A stretch of 64,000 nucleotides of DNA from Hydrocarboniphaga sp. (GTDB lineage Bacteria > Pseudomonadota > Gammaproteobacteria > Nevskiales > Nevskiaceae), in contig NZ_JAQGNT010000062.1 of assembly GCF_028291725.1 (NCBI RefSeq), forward strand, positions 2,966 through 66,965. Reading direction: 5' to 3'. This document shows, piece by piece, positions 1 to 8,356 of the stretch. The notes beneath the pieces are model-generated. The model was not told the DNA's origin. It made no database searches and was given only the letters and a program-made list of their open reading frames with translations. A program made the position numbers and the translations under genes. Every line of letters begins with the position of its first letter. Position 1 is the stretch's first letter.

Positions 1-109
1 GGAACGTCGCCTAGCGTAGCGGGCCCGGCTCGGCGCTCAGCGTTCGGCTGCGATGACCACCGCCTTGCGTGGACGCCCGCCGGAAAACCCAAGCAGTTCT
101 GGCGAGGAG

Positions 110-1549
110 ATGGCACGAATGACGGAGTTGATGCGCGAGGCCAGCCTGATCGGCGGTCAGTGGGTGACCGCCGATCAATGGATCGAAGTGGACAACCCGG
201 CTACGGGCGAGCGTATCGGTCGCGTGCCGCGCTGCAGCGGCAAGCAGACGGCTCAGGCCATCGACGCCGCCGCGCAAGCCATGATCCCGTGGTCGCGACG
301 CCCGGCCAAGGAGCGCGCCAATGTGCTGCGCTGCTACTTTGATCTGATCATCGCCAATCAAGAGCCGCTCGCCGCGCTGCTGACGCGCGAGCAGGGCAAG
401 CCGCTGGCTGAGGCGCGCAGCGAGATTATCTATGCGGCCGGTTTCATCGAGTGGTTCGGTGAGGAGGCCAAGCGCGTCTATGGCGATGTGCTGCCGAGCC
501 ACGCGGCCGACAAGCGCATCGTCGTGCTCAAGCAGCCGATCGGCGTGGTCGCGGCGATCACGCCGTGGAATTTCCCGGCGGCGATGATCACCCGCAAGAT
601 CGGCCCGGCGCTGGCTGCCGGTTGCGGCGTGGTGCTCAAGCCGGCATCGCAGACGCCGTTCACCGCGCTGGCGCTCGGCTTGCTGGCGCAGCAGGCCGGC
701 CTGCCCGACGGCCTGCTCAACGTCGTCACCGGCAGCGCCGCCGAGATCGGCGACGTGCTCACCGCCAGCGAAACCGTGCGCAAGCTGTCCTTCACCGGTT
801 CCACCGAGGTCGGTGCACGGCTCTATGCCCAGTGCGCGCCGTCGATCAAAAAGCTCAGCCTGGAACTCGGCGGCAATGCGCCCTTCATCGTCTTCGACGA
901 TGCCGACATCGACGCGGCCGTGATCGGAGCCATCCAGTCCAAGTTCCGTAACGCCGGGCAGACCTGCGTCTGCGCCAACCGCATCTACGCCCAGGCCGGC
1001 ATCCACGATACCTTCGTCGAGAAGCTGGCGGCCGCCGCCGCGGCGCTGCGCGTGGCGCCCGGCACCGAAGCGGGCTCGGAAATCGGTCCGCTGATCGACG
1101 ACAAGGCCGTGGCCAAGGTGCGCGAGCACATCGCGGACGCGGTTTCGCACGGTGCGCGCGTGGTCACGGGCGGAACGCCGCATGCGCTCGGCGGGCGTTT
1201 CTTCACGCCCACGGTACTGGCTGGCGTGACGCAGGCCATGGCGATCAGCCGTGAGGAAACCTTCGGCCCGGTCGCACCGGTGTTCCGCTTCGAGACCGAG
1301 GACGAGGTGATCGCTCAAGCCAATGACACGCCTTTCGGCCTCGCCTCGTATTTCTACGCGCGCGATATCGGCCGCGTATGGCGCGTGGCCGAGCGCATCG
1401 AAGCCGGCATCGTCGGCGTCAATACCGGCCTGATCTCCACCGAGTTGGCGCCGTTCGGCGGCGTCAAGCTGTCGGGCCTCGGACGCGAAGGCTCGCGCTA
1501 CGGCATCGACGACTACCTGGAGATCAAGTACGTCTGCCTGGGCATTTGA
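110..1549 (+). CDS. gabD: NAD(P)+-dependent succinate-semialdehyde dehydrogenase (aldehyde dehydrogenase family)
   Basis: ORF 53..1549. In-frame ATG at 110 follows a GGCGAGGAG RBS. ALDH hallmarks are ITPWNFP, catalytic Glu in LELGGNAPFIV and Cys in GQTCVCANR. GKPLAEARSEIIYAAGFIEWFGEEAKRVYGD is typical of SSADH. Confidence 0.9.
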   Translation: MARMTELMREASLIGGQWVTADQWIEVDNPATGERIGRVPRCSGKQTAQAIDAAAQAMIPWSRRPAKERANVLRCYFDLIIANQEPLAALLTREQGKPLAEARSEIIYAAGFIEWFGEEAKRVYGDVLPSHAADKRIVVLKQPIGVVAAITPWNFPAAMITRKIGPALAAGCGVVLKPASQTPFTALALGLLAQQAGLPDGLLNVVTGSAAEIGDVLTASETVRKLSFTGSTEVGARLYAQCAPSIKKLSLELGGNAPFIVFDDADIDAAVIGAIQSKFRNAGQTCVCANRIYAQAGIHDTFVEKLAAAAAALRVAPGTEAGSEIGPLIDDKAVAKVREHIADAVSHGARVVTGGTPHALGGRFFTPTVLAGVTQAMAISREETFGPVAPVFRFETEDEVIAQANDTPFGLASYFYARDIGRVWRVAERIEAGIVGVNTGLISTELAPFGGVKLSGLGREGSRYGIDDYLEIKYVCLGI

Positions 1550-1638
1550 CCGCCGCGCAAATCGCTTGCGCGCTTGTCGATCCTCGCGCTGCCCGTTCGT
1601 CGTCGCAATAGAGACACCACCACCCGGGAGAAACGAGG

Positions 1639-2082
1639 ATGCGGTTCATCATCACGGCACAGACGGACACGAGCGCAGCGGAAGCCGAACCTGGACGCGA
1701 CGGCGACCCGGGCCTCGACCAGGCCACGCTCGTCGCGTACATGAAGTTCAACGAAGACATGCACCAGGCTGGCGTGCTGGTTGCGTCCGAAGGGCTGAAC
1801 CCGGCCGCCCCTGGCGCCCGCATCGTCGCCCACAAGGGCAAGCGCCGCGTCGTCGACGGGCCTTTCGCAGAATCCAAAGAGCTGGTCGGCGGGTTCTACG
1901 TGATCGACGTGAAATCGCTGGACGAGGCGATCGACTGGGCCTTGCGCTGCCCGGTCGGCATGAGCAGCGCCGACGTGCTGGAAGTGCGCCAGCTCACCGG
2001 CGCATCCGACCTCCCGCCCGAGATCATGGCGATCATTTCCGCGGCGGCGCCGAACTGGAGCGCCGCCATGCTGGCGAACTGA
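1639..2082 (+). CDS. YCII-related (DGPF-motif) domain protein
   Basis: 147-aa ORF with VDGPFAESKELVGGFYVIDVKSLDEAIDWA, the DGPFAE(T/S)KE signature of the YCII-related family. GGAG-like RBS (gggagaaacgaggATG). Confidence 0.8.
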   Translation: MRFIITAQTDTSAAEAEPGRDGDPGLDQATLVAYMKFNEDMHQAGVLVASEGLNPAAPGARIVAHKGKRRVVDGPFAESKELVGGFYVIDVKSLDEAIDWALRCPVGMSSADVLEVRQLTGASDLPPEIMAIISAAAPNWSAAMLAN

Positions 2083-2231
2083 GCCAGCGATGCCCGATCA
2101 GCGCTTTCCGTGATGAGCATCACATAAAGCCGCCGCCGATCACCCGACACTCAGATCATCTGAGATCACGCGGGGATTGCGATGCCGGTGTTGACGGGAA
2201 GAGCCGCGAGAATTGCCGAGGGCCTGGACCG

Positions 2232-2399
2232 ATGTGGGACGGAGTAATCGTCGGCACCGGCCTGTCGGCGCTCGGCGGCTTCGTGCTGATCGAGTCCGGC
2301 GATCGGCATCAGGCGGTGGCCGGCGGCGGCTTGCTGGCGGTGGGCATGCTGTTGCTGGTGATCTCGGTGCGCCTGCTCCGCCGCGGGCGGCGGCGCTAG
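2232..2399 (+). CDS. small hypothetical membrane protein (55 aa, two hydrophobic segments, basic tail)
   Basis: In-frame ATG within ORF 1566..2399. High GC3 codon usage. Sequence GTGLSALGGFVLI...LLAVGMLLLVISVRLLRRGRRR. No homology recognised. Confidence 0.35.
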   Translation: MWDGVIVGTGLSALGGFVLIESGDRHQAVAGGGLLAVGMLLLVISVRLLRRGRRR

Positions 2400-2430
2400 T
2401 GTCGTGAGTCATGGCAAGCGTCGCGCCACT

Positions 2431-2510
2431 GTAGGTCGGCAATCCCTTGCCGACGTGTACCCCCGGATGCGCAATCGCCGCCTCATGTCGGCAAGGGATT
2501 GCCGACCTAC
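2431..2510. repeat. REP family 1 inverted pair (unit GTAG-GTCGGCAA-TCCC-TTGCCGAC)
   Basis: gtaggtcggcaatcccttgccgac at 2431-2454 and its reverse complement gtcggcaagggattgccgacctac at 2487-2510. Confidence 0.9.
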
Positions 2511-2513
2511 GGG

Positions 2514-3665
2514 TCACCGGGCGGCGATCGCCCCGGCCTTGCGGTAGTACGTCGGTGCAACCCCGTGCCAACGCTTGAACGCCTGCGAGAAGCTCGACAG
2601 ATCGGCGAAGCCCAGGCGCATCGCGATCTCGGTCAGCGACAGGCGCGAATCACGCAGCATTTCGTCGGCCATCGCGCGACGTGACTCGGCGAGCAGCTCG
2701 CGGAACGAGGTGCTCTCGTTTTTCAGCCGCCGCTTCAGGGTGCGCTCGCTGGTATTGCCGAGCCGCGCCATCGACGCCAGATCCGGCGCGACGCTACCCG
2801 GCACGCTCAGATACTGACGCACGAGCGACGCCGTGCTGGAGCGTGCCCGGCGCCGCTCCAGCAGCTCGCTGCACAGCTGATGGCACATCGCCGCGGTGAT
2901 CGGATTGGCCTGAGGCAGCGCGCGCGGCAAAAAAACTCGATCGAACGCCAGGCTGTTGGTCGCGGCACCGTAGCTCGGCTGCGTGCCGAACAGGCTGCGC
3001 AGCTCGGTTGCGGCTTTCGGTGGTCGCTTCGGTTCCGGCGCCCGGAACCTGAGCCGCGAAATCATCAGATCGGGGCCGGCGATTTCGCGCATCAGCGTCG
3101 CCGCGGCGGCCATGTCGCGCTCCACCAGGAAGCGCCGCAGATCAGGAGCCAGATCGGGTTCGCCGAAGCTCAGTACCGCAAGCTCGCCTTCCTCGTGCAG
3201 CGTGATCAAGGTGAACGCATAAGTCAGCGGCAGGAAGCGCAGGGCCAGTCTCAGCGCGTCGGCGACCGTGGCGCTGCTGATCAGGCCGTAACCCCAGAGC
3301 CCGTAAGTCGAGAAGTGGTAGCGCAGCCCGACCTCGATACCGAAACGGCTCGGGCCTTCGGACAGCCTGAGCAGATTGCCGATCACACGCAGCTCCTGCG
3401 CCGCCGACAGTTCGGTGTTCGGGTCATCGAGTTGAGGCAGCGACAGGCCGCTGCCTCGCAGCAGCGGCTCGGCCGCCATGCCGCGCTCGCGGCCGAACTC
3501 GACCAGCAGCCGGGCGCTGGCAGTGCTGCGTTTGAAGTCCCAGAAGCTCAGAACGGACTCGCTTATTTGGACCGGGTGTTGGCCCCGATAATAAAGCGAC
3601 TGTCCCCGATCGTCATTGTTTCGCGCTTGGGCCGGACGCAACATGGACCGCATGACAGCGGCCAT
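2514..3665 (-). CDS. AraC family transcriptional regulator (N-terminal AraC-binding-like domain, C-terminal HTH)
   Basis: C-terminal AraC HTH LTEIAMRLGFADLSSFSQAFKRWHGVAPTYYRK. The 444-aa track ORF has an Arg-rich, implausible N-terminus. Likely starts are Met62, Met66 or Met69 (3665, 3653 or 3644). Confidence 0.85.
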   Translation of the reverse strand: MAAVMRSMLRPAQARNNDDRGQSLYYRGQHPVQISESVLSFWDFKRSTASARLLVEFGRERGMAAEPLLRGSGLSLPQLDDPNTELSAAQELRVIGNLLRLSEGPSRFGIEVGLRYHFSTYGLWGYGLISSATVADALRLALRFLPLTYAFTLITLHEEGELAVLSFGEPDLAPDLRRFLVERDMAAAATLMREIAGPDLMISRLRFRAPEPKRPPKAATELRSLFGTQPSYGAATNSLAFDRVFLPRALPQANPITAAMCHQLCSELLERRRARSSTASLVRQYLSVPGSVAPDLASMARLGNTSERTLKRRLKNESTSFRELLAESRRAMADEMLRDSRLSLTEIAMRLGFADLSSFSQAFKRWHGVAPTYYRKAGAIAAR

Positions 3666-3718
3666 CGGCCGACGAGCACCGGCTCCAGCCGGCGCCACAG
3701 CGAGAGAGGACGGCAGCG

Positions 3719-5380
3719 ATGAGCGAGGTATTCGATTTTGTCGTAGTCGGTGGCGGTTCCGGCGGTTGCGTGGTGGCCGGGCGGCTGAGTGAAGATCAGG
3801 ACGTGAGCGTCTGCGTGCTCGAAGCCGGTGGCGGTGGCGACAGCGCACTGGTCAACGTCCCGGTCGGCACCGTCGCGATGATGCCGACCAGCATCAACAA
3901 CTGGGCATTCGAAACCGTGCCGCAGGCCGGGCTCGGCGGCCGCCGCGGTTATCAGCCGCGCGGCCGGGTGCTGGGCGGCTCCTCCGCGATCAATGCGATG
4001 GTCTACGTGCGCGGCCATCGCAGCGACTACGATCATTGGGCCGCGCTCGGCAACAGCGGCTGGTCGTTCGACGAGGTGCTGCCCTACTTTCTGCGCAGCG
4101 AGCACAACCAGCGCATCGACAACGCCTGGCATGGCCGCGGCGGGCCGCTGTGGGTCAGCGACTCGCGCACCGACAATCCGATCCACGCACGCTACCTGGA
4201 AGCGGCGCGGCAGACCGGGCTGCCGGTCACCGACGATTTCAACGGCGCCGAGCAGGAAGGCATCGGCATCTATCAGCTCACGCAGCAGCACGGCCGGCGT
4301 TGCAGCGCGGCGCGCGCCTATCTGCTGCCGCATGTCGCATATCGCGACAACCTGTCGGTGCAGACGCATATGCAGGTTCAGCGGATTCTGTTCGAAGGCC
4401 GGCGCGCGGTCGGCGTCGAGGTATTGCAGGACGGCAGACTGCGCACGATACGAGCGCGCCGCGAGGTGATACTCGCTGCGGGCGCTTTCCAGTCACCGCA
4501 GATGCTGATGCTGTCCGGCGTCGGCGATGCGGCGGAACTCGCCGGGCTCGGCATCACCGCGGTGCATCACCTGCCGGGCGTCGGCAAGAATTTGCAGGAC
4601 CATCCGGATTTCATTTTCGGCTACGAATCCAGCAGCCTCGACACGATGGGCGTGTCGCTGGGCGGCAGCCTGCGGATGCTGCGCGAGATCTCGCGGTATC
4701 GCAAAAGCGGACGCGGCGCCATCACCTCGAATTTCGCCGAAGGCGGCGGCTTTCTGAAGACGCGGCCCGAGCTGGGCGCGCCGAATATCCAGCTGCATTT
4801 CGTCGTCGCGCTGGTCGATGACCACGCGCGCAAATTCCACTTCGGCCACGGCCTGTCATGCCACGTCTGCCTGCTGCGGCCGCGCAGCGCCGGCTCGGTC
4901 GCCTTGAGCAGCCGCGATCCGGCTGCGCTGCCGCTGATCGATCCGGCGTTCTTAAAAGATCCGCGCGATGTCGAGGAAATGGTCGAAGGTTTCAAACTGA
5001 CCCGGAAGCTGATGCAGGCGCCGGCACTGGCCGAGCTGTGCCGCAAGGATCTGTTCACCGCCGACGTGCACAGCGACGACGAAATCCGCGAGGTGTTGCG
5101 GCGCCGCACCGACACCGTCTATCACCCGGTCGGCACCTGCAAGATGGGCATCGACACGATGGCGGTCGTCGATCCGCAGCTGCGGGTCCATGGCATCGAG
5201 GGCCTGCGCGTCGTCGACGCGTCGGTGATGCCGGCGCTGATCGGCGGCAATACCAATGCGCCGACGATCATGATCGCCGAGAAAGCGGTCGACATGATTC
5301 GCGGCTTTTTCGGCGCGCGCGAAATCCCCGCTCGTGCGACACCCATCAACGCCGAAGAGACCCGCCATGCGATCGCCTGA
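3719..5380 (+). CDS. GMC family FAD-dependent oxidoreductase (choline/alcohol dehydrogenase-like, AlkJ-like)
   Basis: N-terminal FDFVVVGGGSGGCVVAGRLSED FAD fold. GMC signature region GGSSAINAMVYVRG. C-terminal TVYHPVGTCKMG active-site region. Confidence 0.9.
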   Translation: MSEVFDFVVVGGGSGGCVVAGRLSEDQDVSVCVLEAGGGGDSALVNVPVGTVAMMPTSINNWAFETVPQAGLGGRRGYQPRGRVLGGSSAINAMVYVRGHRSDYDHWAALGNSGWSFDEVLPYFLRSEHNQRIDNAWHGRGGPLWVSDSRTDNPIHARYLEAARQTGLPVTDDFNGAEQEGIGIYQLTQQHGRRCSAARAYLLPHVAYRDNLSVQTHMQVQRILFEGRRAVGVEVLQDGRLRTIRARREVILAAGAFQSPQMLMLSGVGDAAELAGLGITAVHHLPGVGKNLQDHPDFIFGYESSSLDTMGVSLGGSLRMLREISRYRKSGRGAITSNFAEGGGFLKTRPELGAPNIQLHFVVALVDDHARKFHFGHGLSCHVCLLRPRSAGSVALSSRDPAALPLIDPAFLKDPRDVEEMVEGFKLTRKLMQAPALAELCRKDLFTADVHSDDEIREVLRRRTDTVYHPVGTCKMGIDTMAVVDPQLRVHGIEGLRVVDASVMPALIGGNTNAPTIMIAEKAVDMIRGFFGAREIPARATPINAEETRHAIA

Positions 5381-5399
5381 TCCTCAACTGCTGGCACAA

Positions 5400-7865
5400 A
5401 TGTCGCGGCCGCTGGCCGCGGTGATTATCGGCAGCGGCTTCGCCGGCATCGGCATCGCGATCGCGCTGCGCAGGCAGGGCGTGCTGGATTTCGTCATCGT
5501 CGAGAAGGCCGCGGACGTCGGCGGCGTGTGGCGCGACAACTGTTATCCGGGTGCGGCCTGCGACGTGCCCTCGCATCTGTACTCGTTCTCGTTCGAGCCG
5601 AATCCGCACTGGTCGCATGTGTTCGCGCCGCAGGCCGAGATCCACCAGTACCTGCAGCACTGCGTGCAGAAATACGATCTGCTCCGGCACATCCGTTTCA
5701 GCTGCGAAGTCGAGCAGGCGCAGTTCGACGAGCAGCAGAACCTGTGGAACGTGAGCCTGGCCGGCGGTGCCAGCCTGAGCGCGACGCTGCTGATCAGCGC
5801 GACCGGCCAGCTCAGCCGGCCGGCGTATCCGCGCCTGCCGGGCATCGAGGATTTTGCCGGACGCAGCTTCCATTCCGCGCGCTGGGACCGCGACTACGCA
5901 CTGCAGGGAAAGCGCGTCGCGGTGATCGGCACCGGCGCATCGGCGATCCAGTTCGTGCCGGCGATCGCCGGCCAGGTGCAGCAGCTGACACTGTTTCAGC
6001 GCTCCGGCGCCTACCTCATGGCGCGCTCCGATCGTGCCTACAGCAGCTGGGAGCGCGCGCTGTGCCGGCGCTTTCCCTGGACGATGAAGCTGTACCGCGT
6101 CGGCACCTATCTGCGCTACGAGACGCGCGCGCTGGCGTTCACACGCTTCAAGCCGCTGATGCACATCGCGGTCGGCTGGCCGTTCAAGAGACTGCTGGCC
6201 ACGCAGGTGCCGGATGCAGCGCTGCGCGAGCGGCTGATGCCAGACTATCCGATCGGCTGCAAGCGCGTGCTGCTGTCCGACGACTACCTGGCCGCGGTCA
6301 CGCGTCCGAATGTCGAACTGGTGACCGAGAGCATCCGCCGCATCACCAGCAGCGGCATCGAAACCGCCGACGGCCGGCATCACGAGGTCGACGTGCTCGT
6401 CTACGGCACCGGATTCGCGGCCACCGAATTTCTGACGCCAATGCGCATCCGCGGCAGCGGCGGCCTCGATCTGAACCAGGCCTGGCGCCGCGGCGCGATG
6501 GCCTACCTGGGCATGACGGTGCCGCACTTCCCGAACTTCTTCATGCTGTACGGCCCCAACACCAATCTCGGCCACAACTCGATCGTCTACATGCTCGAAA
6601 GCCAGATCGCGCATCTGATGCGCTGCTTCAAAGCGATGCGTGCCAGCGGCATGACGCGCATCGAGGTGGAAAGCCGGCGCTATCGCCAATACAACCTCGG
6701 CATCCAGCAGCGGCTGAGCGGCACCGTCTGGAACGGCTGCAGCAGCTGGTATGTCGACGCCAACGGCCACAACAGCACCAACTGGCCCGGCTTCACCTTG
6801 AGCTACCGCTGGCTGACGCGGCACACCAGCCTGCAGGCGTATCGCTTGACGCATCACGCGGTCAGCCCGGTCGCCGGCTCCGGCACACAATGGATCGCCG
6901 AGCCGGATGGCCGGGTCGAGCGCGCGTTCGCGGCCTTTCTGCGCGGCGTATTGCGCAGCTGCTTCCGGGTATTGATCGGGCCGCCATTCGGCGCCGTGTT
7001 CCAGCGCCGAGTGGTCGCGACGCTGGCGCTGTTGATGCCCGGACGCGGCGGTGTGTTGCGCTATCGCAGCAGCGCGCGCGGTGTACCGGTCGAAATCAAT
7101 GCGCCCCGTGCCGGCGAGGCCGGCGGTGCGATGCTGTATCTCCACGGCGGCGCGTTCTGTCTAGGCGGACCGTGGACGCATCGCAATATCAGCTCGCATC
7201 TGGCGTTCGAGGCCGGCATGTCGGTCTGGGTTCCGGTGTACCGGCTCGCGCCCGAACACCCGTATCCGGCCGCGATCAACGATGCCTTCGACTGCTATCG
7301 GGCGATGCTCGAGCACGGCTATCGCGCCGAGCAAATCGTGATCGCCGGCGACTCGGCCGGCGGCTCGCTGGCCCTGGTGCTGGCGCTGCTGCTGCGCGAG
7401 CGCGGCTACGCGATGCCGGCCGGCCTGGCGCTGATCTCGCCGGTCACCGACGCCAGCCTGGCCGGCGCGACGATCCGCGATCTCGCCGGTACCGATCCGA
7501 TGCTGCGCAAGGGCTGGGTCGAACAGGGCATCGCCTGGTACGCGGCGCCGTCCGGTGCCGGCAGCTCGGTGCTTGAGCAGGATCTGCGCGGCCTGCCGCC
7601 GATGATCGTGCAGGTCGGCGACCAGGAGATCCTGCTGTCGGATTCCACGCGTCTTGCCGAGCGCGCCGCGGCTTGTGGCGTGAGCTGCGATCTGCAGATC
7701 TACATGGGCCGCTGGCACGTGTTCCATCTGCAGGCGCTGTATCTGCGCTCGGCCGGGCGCGCGCTGCAGGCGCTGGCCGACTTCGCCAGGATGCGCGTTG
7801 CCGGCAAACGGATCGGCGTCGCCGCTACTGCCCGCAATGAAACCAGCCGGGCGCTCGAGTCGTAG
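5400..7865 (+). CDS. Fusion protein: class B flavoprotein (Baeyer-Villiger-type) monooxygenase N-terminal, HSL-family alpha/beta esterase C-terminal
   Basis: Single frame without a stop. BVMO part has GSGFAG and GTGASA Rossmann motifs and the fingerprint FAGRSFHSARWD (FxGxxxHxxxW). Esterase part has LHGGAF oxyanion motif, GDSAGG nucleophile elbow, DQEILLSD and WHVF. Start 5400 (MSRPLAAVIIGSG) preferred over 5334 or 5367. Confidence 0.85.
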   Translation: MSRPLAAVIIGSGFAGIGIAIALRRQGVLDFVIVEKAADVGGVWRDNCYPGAACDVPSHLYSFSFEPNPHWSHVFAPQAEIHQYLQHCVQKYDLLRHIRFSCEVEQAQFDEQQNLWNVSLAGGASLSATLLISATGQLSRPAYPRLPGIEDFAGRSFHSARWDRDYALQGKRVAVIGTGASAIQFVPAIAGQVQQLTLFQRSGAYLMARSDRAYSSWERALCRRFPWTMKLYRVGTYLRYETRALAFTRFKPLMHIAVGWPFKRLLATQVPDAALRERLMPDYPIGCKRVLLSDDYLAAVTRPNVELVTESIRRITSSGIETADGRHHEVDVLVYGTGFAATEFLTPMRIRGSGGLDLNQAWRRGAMAYLGMTVPHFPNFFMLYGPNTNLGHNSIVYMLESQIAHLMRCFKAMRASGMTRIEVESRRYRQYNLGIQQRLSGTVWNGCSSWYVDANGHNSTNWPGFTLSYRWLTRHTSLQAYRLTHHAVSPVAGSGTQWIAEPDGRVERAFAAFLRGVLRSCFRVLIGPPFGAVFQRRVVATLALLMPGRGGVLRYRSSARGVPVEINAPRAGEAGGAMLYLHGGAFCLGGPWTHRNISSHLAFEAGMSVWVPVYRLAPEHPYPAAINDAFDCYRAMLEHGYRAEQIVIAGDSAGGSLALVLALLLRERGYAMPAGLALISPVTDASLAGATIRDLAGTDPMLRKGWVEQGIAWYAAPSGAGSSVLEQDLRGLPPMIVQVGDQEILLSDSTRLAERAAACGVSCDLQIYMGRWHVFHLQALYLRSAGRALQALADFARMRVAGKRIGVAATARNETSRALES

Positions 7866-7940
7866 GTCGGCAATCCTTTGCCGACGTGAAGCCCCGATTG
7901 CGCATCGAAGGTACACGTCGGCAAGGGATTGCCGACCTAC
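7862..7940. repeat. REP family 1 inverted pair
   Basis: gtaggtcggcaatcctttgccgac at 7862-7885 and gtcggcaagggattgccgacctac at 7917-7940. The TAG of the GTAG head is the stop codon of the preceding CDS. Confidence 0.9.
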
Positions 7941-8047
7941 GAGCCAGCCGTCCCGGCCCTGTGACTCAGCTTGCGCTATGCAGCCGCTAGGGGGATGCTG
8001 ATCGCGAACTCATCGCATCACGCGAGCGAGGCGTAGGAGACTCATAC

Positions 8048-8248
8048 TTGATTTGCAAAGCATGTTCGGGCCAGATCGGCCTTGCGGCGGTGTGGCGCCC
8101 CCACAGCCGGCTGCGAGCGCCGGGCTCGGCTGGAACCATGGGCTTCAGCGCGTCCCCGAACCAGAAGCTCTACGCCTGCTCCGACTGTGAAACCGTACTG
8201 GTGAAAGGCCGCAATACCGGCTGGTCGGCCGCCATCAGGCTGGCCTGA
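8048..8248 (+). CDS. hypothetical small zinc-ribbon-like protein (CxxC...CxxC)
   Basis: 66-aa ORF with a TTG start, containing CKAC and CSDC pairs. GC3-rich codons. No clear RBS. Confidence 0.3.
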   Translation: MICKACSGQIGLAAVWRPHSRLRAPGSAGTMGFSASPNQKLYACSDCETVLVKGRNTGWSAAIRLA

Positions 8249-8356
8249 ACTTCTGACTCACGGTACTAGCGCAGTTCGGCGCCGCTGGCTAGCCTTGGAT
8301 TCGCGGCGCTCAGACGGTATCGTCGCGGCCCGTTTTATACGCAGACCCGCCACCGC

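Noticed and set aside
11-1318. 435-aa minus-strand ORF
   Set aside because: It is antisense to gabD and has the same compositional artefact.
2424-2430. GCCACTG box suggestive of a cobalamin riboswitch
   Set aside because: It is an isolated heptamer directly abutting a REP unit, and no surrounding B12-riboswitch helices or conserved blocks are present.
2140-2571. ORFs containing VGKGLPTY or RQGIADL peptides (also 7700..7924, 16618..16836, and the N-termini of 16415..16849 and 23096..23764)
   Set aside because: These peptides are translations of REP family 1 units in different frames. They recur because the DNA repeat recurs, not because of a protein family.
5346-7145. 599-aa ORF on the minus strand
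   Set aside because: It is antisense to the BVMO-esterase gene. Its composition is Arg/Ala/Gly/Pro-rich with no recognisable motif, whereas the + strand frame carries complete BVMO and esterase signatures. This is a typical high-GC antisense artefact.
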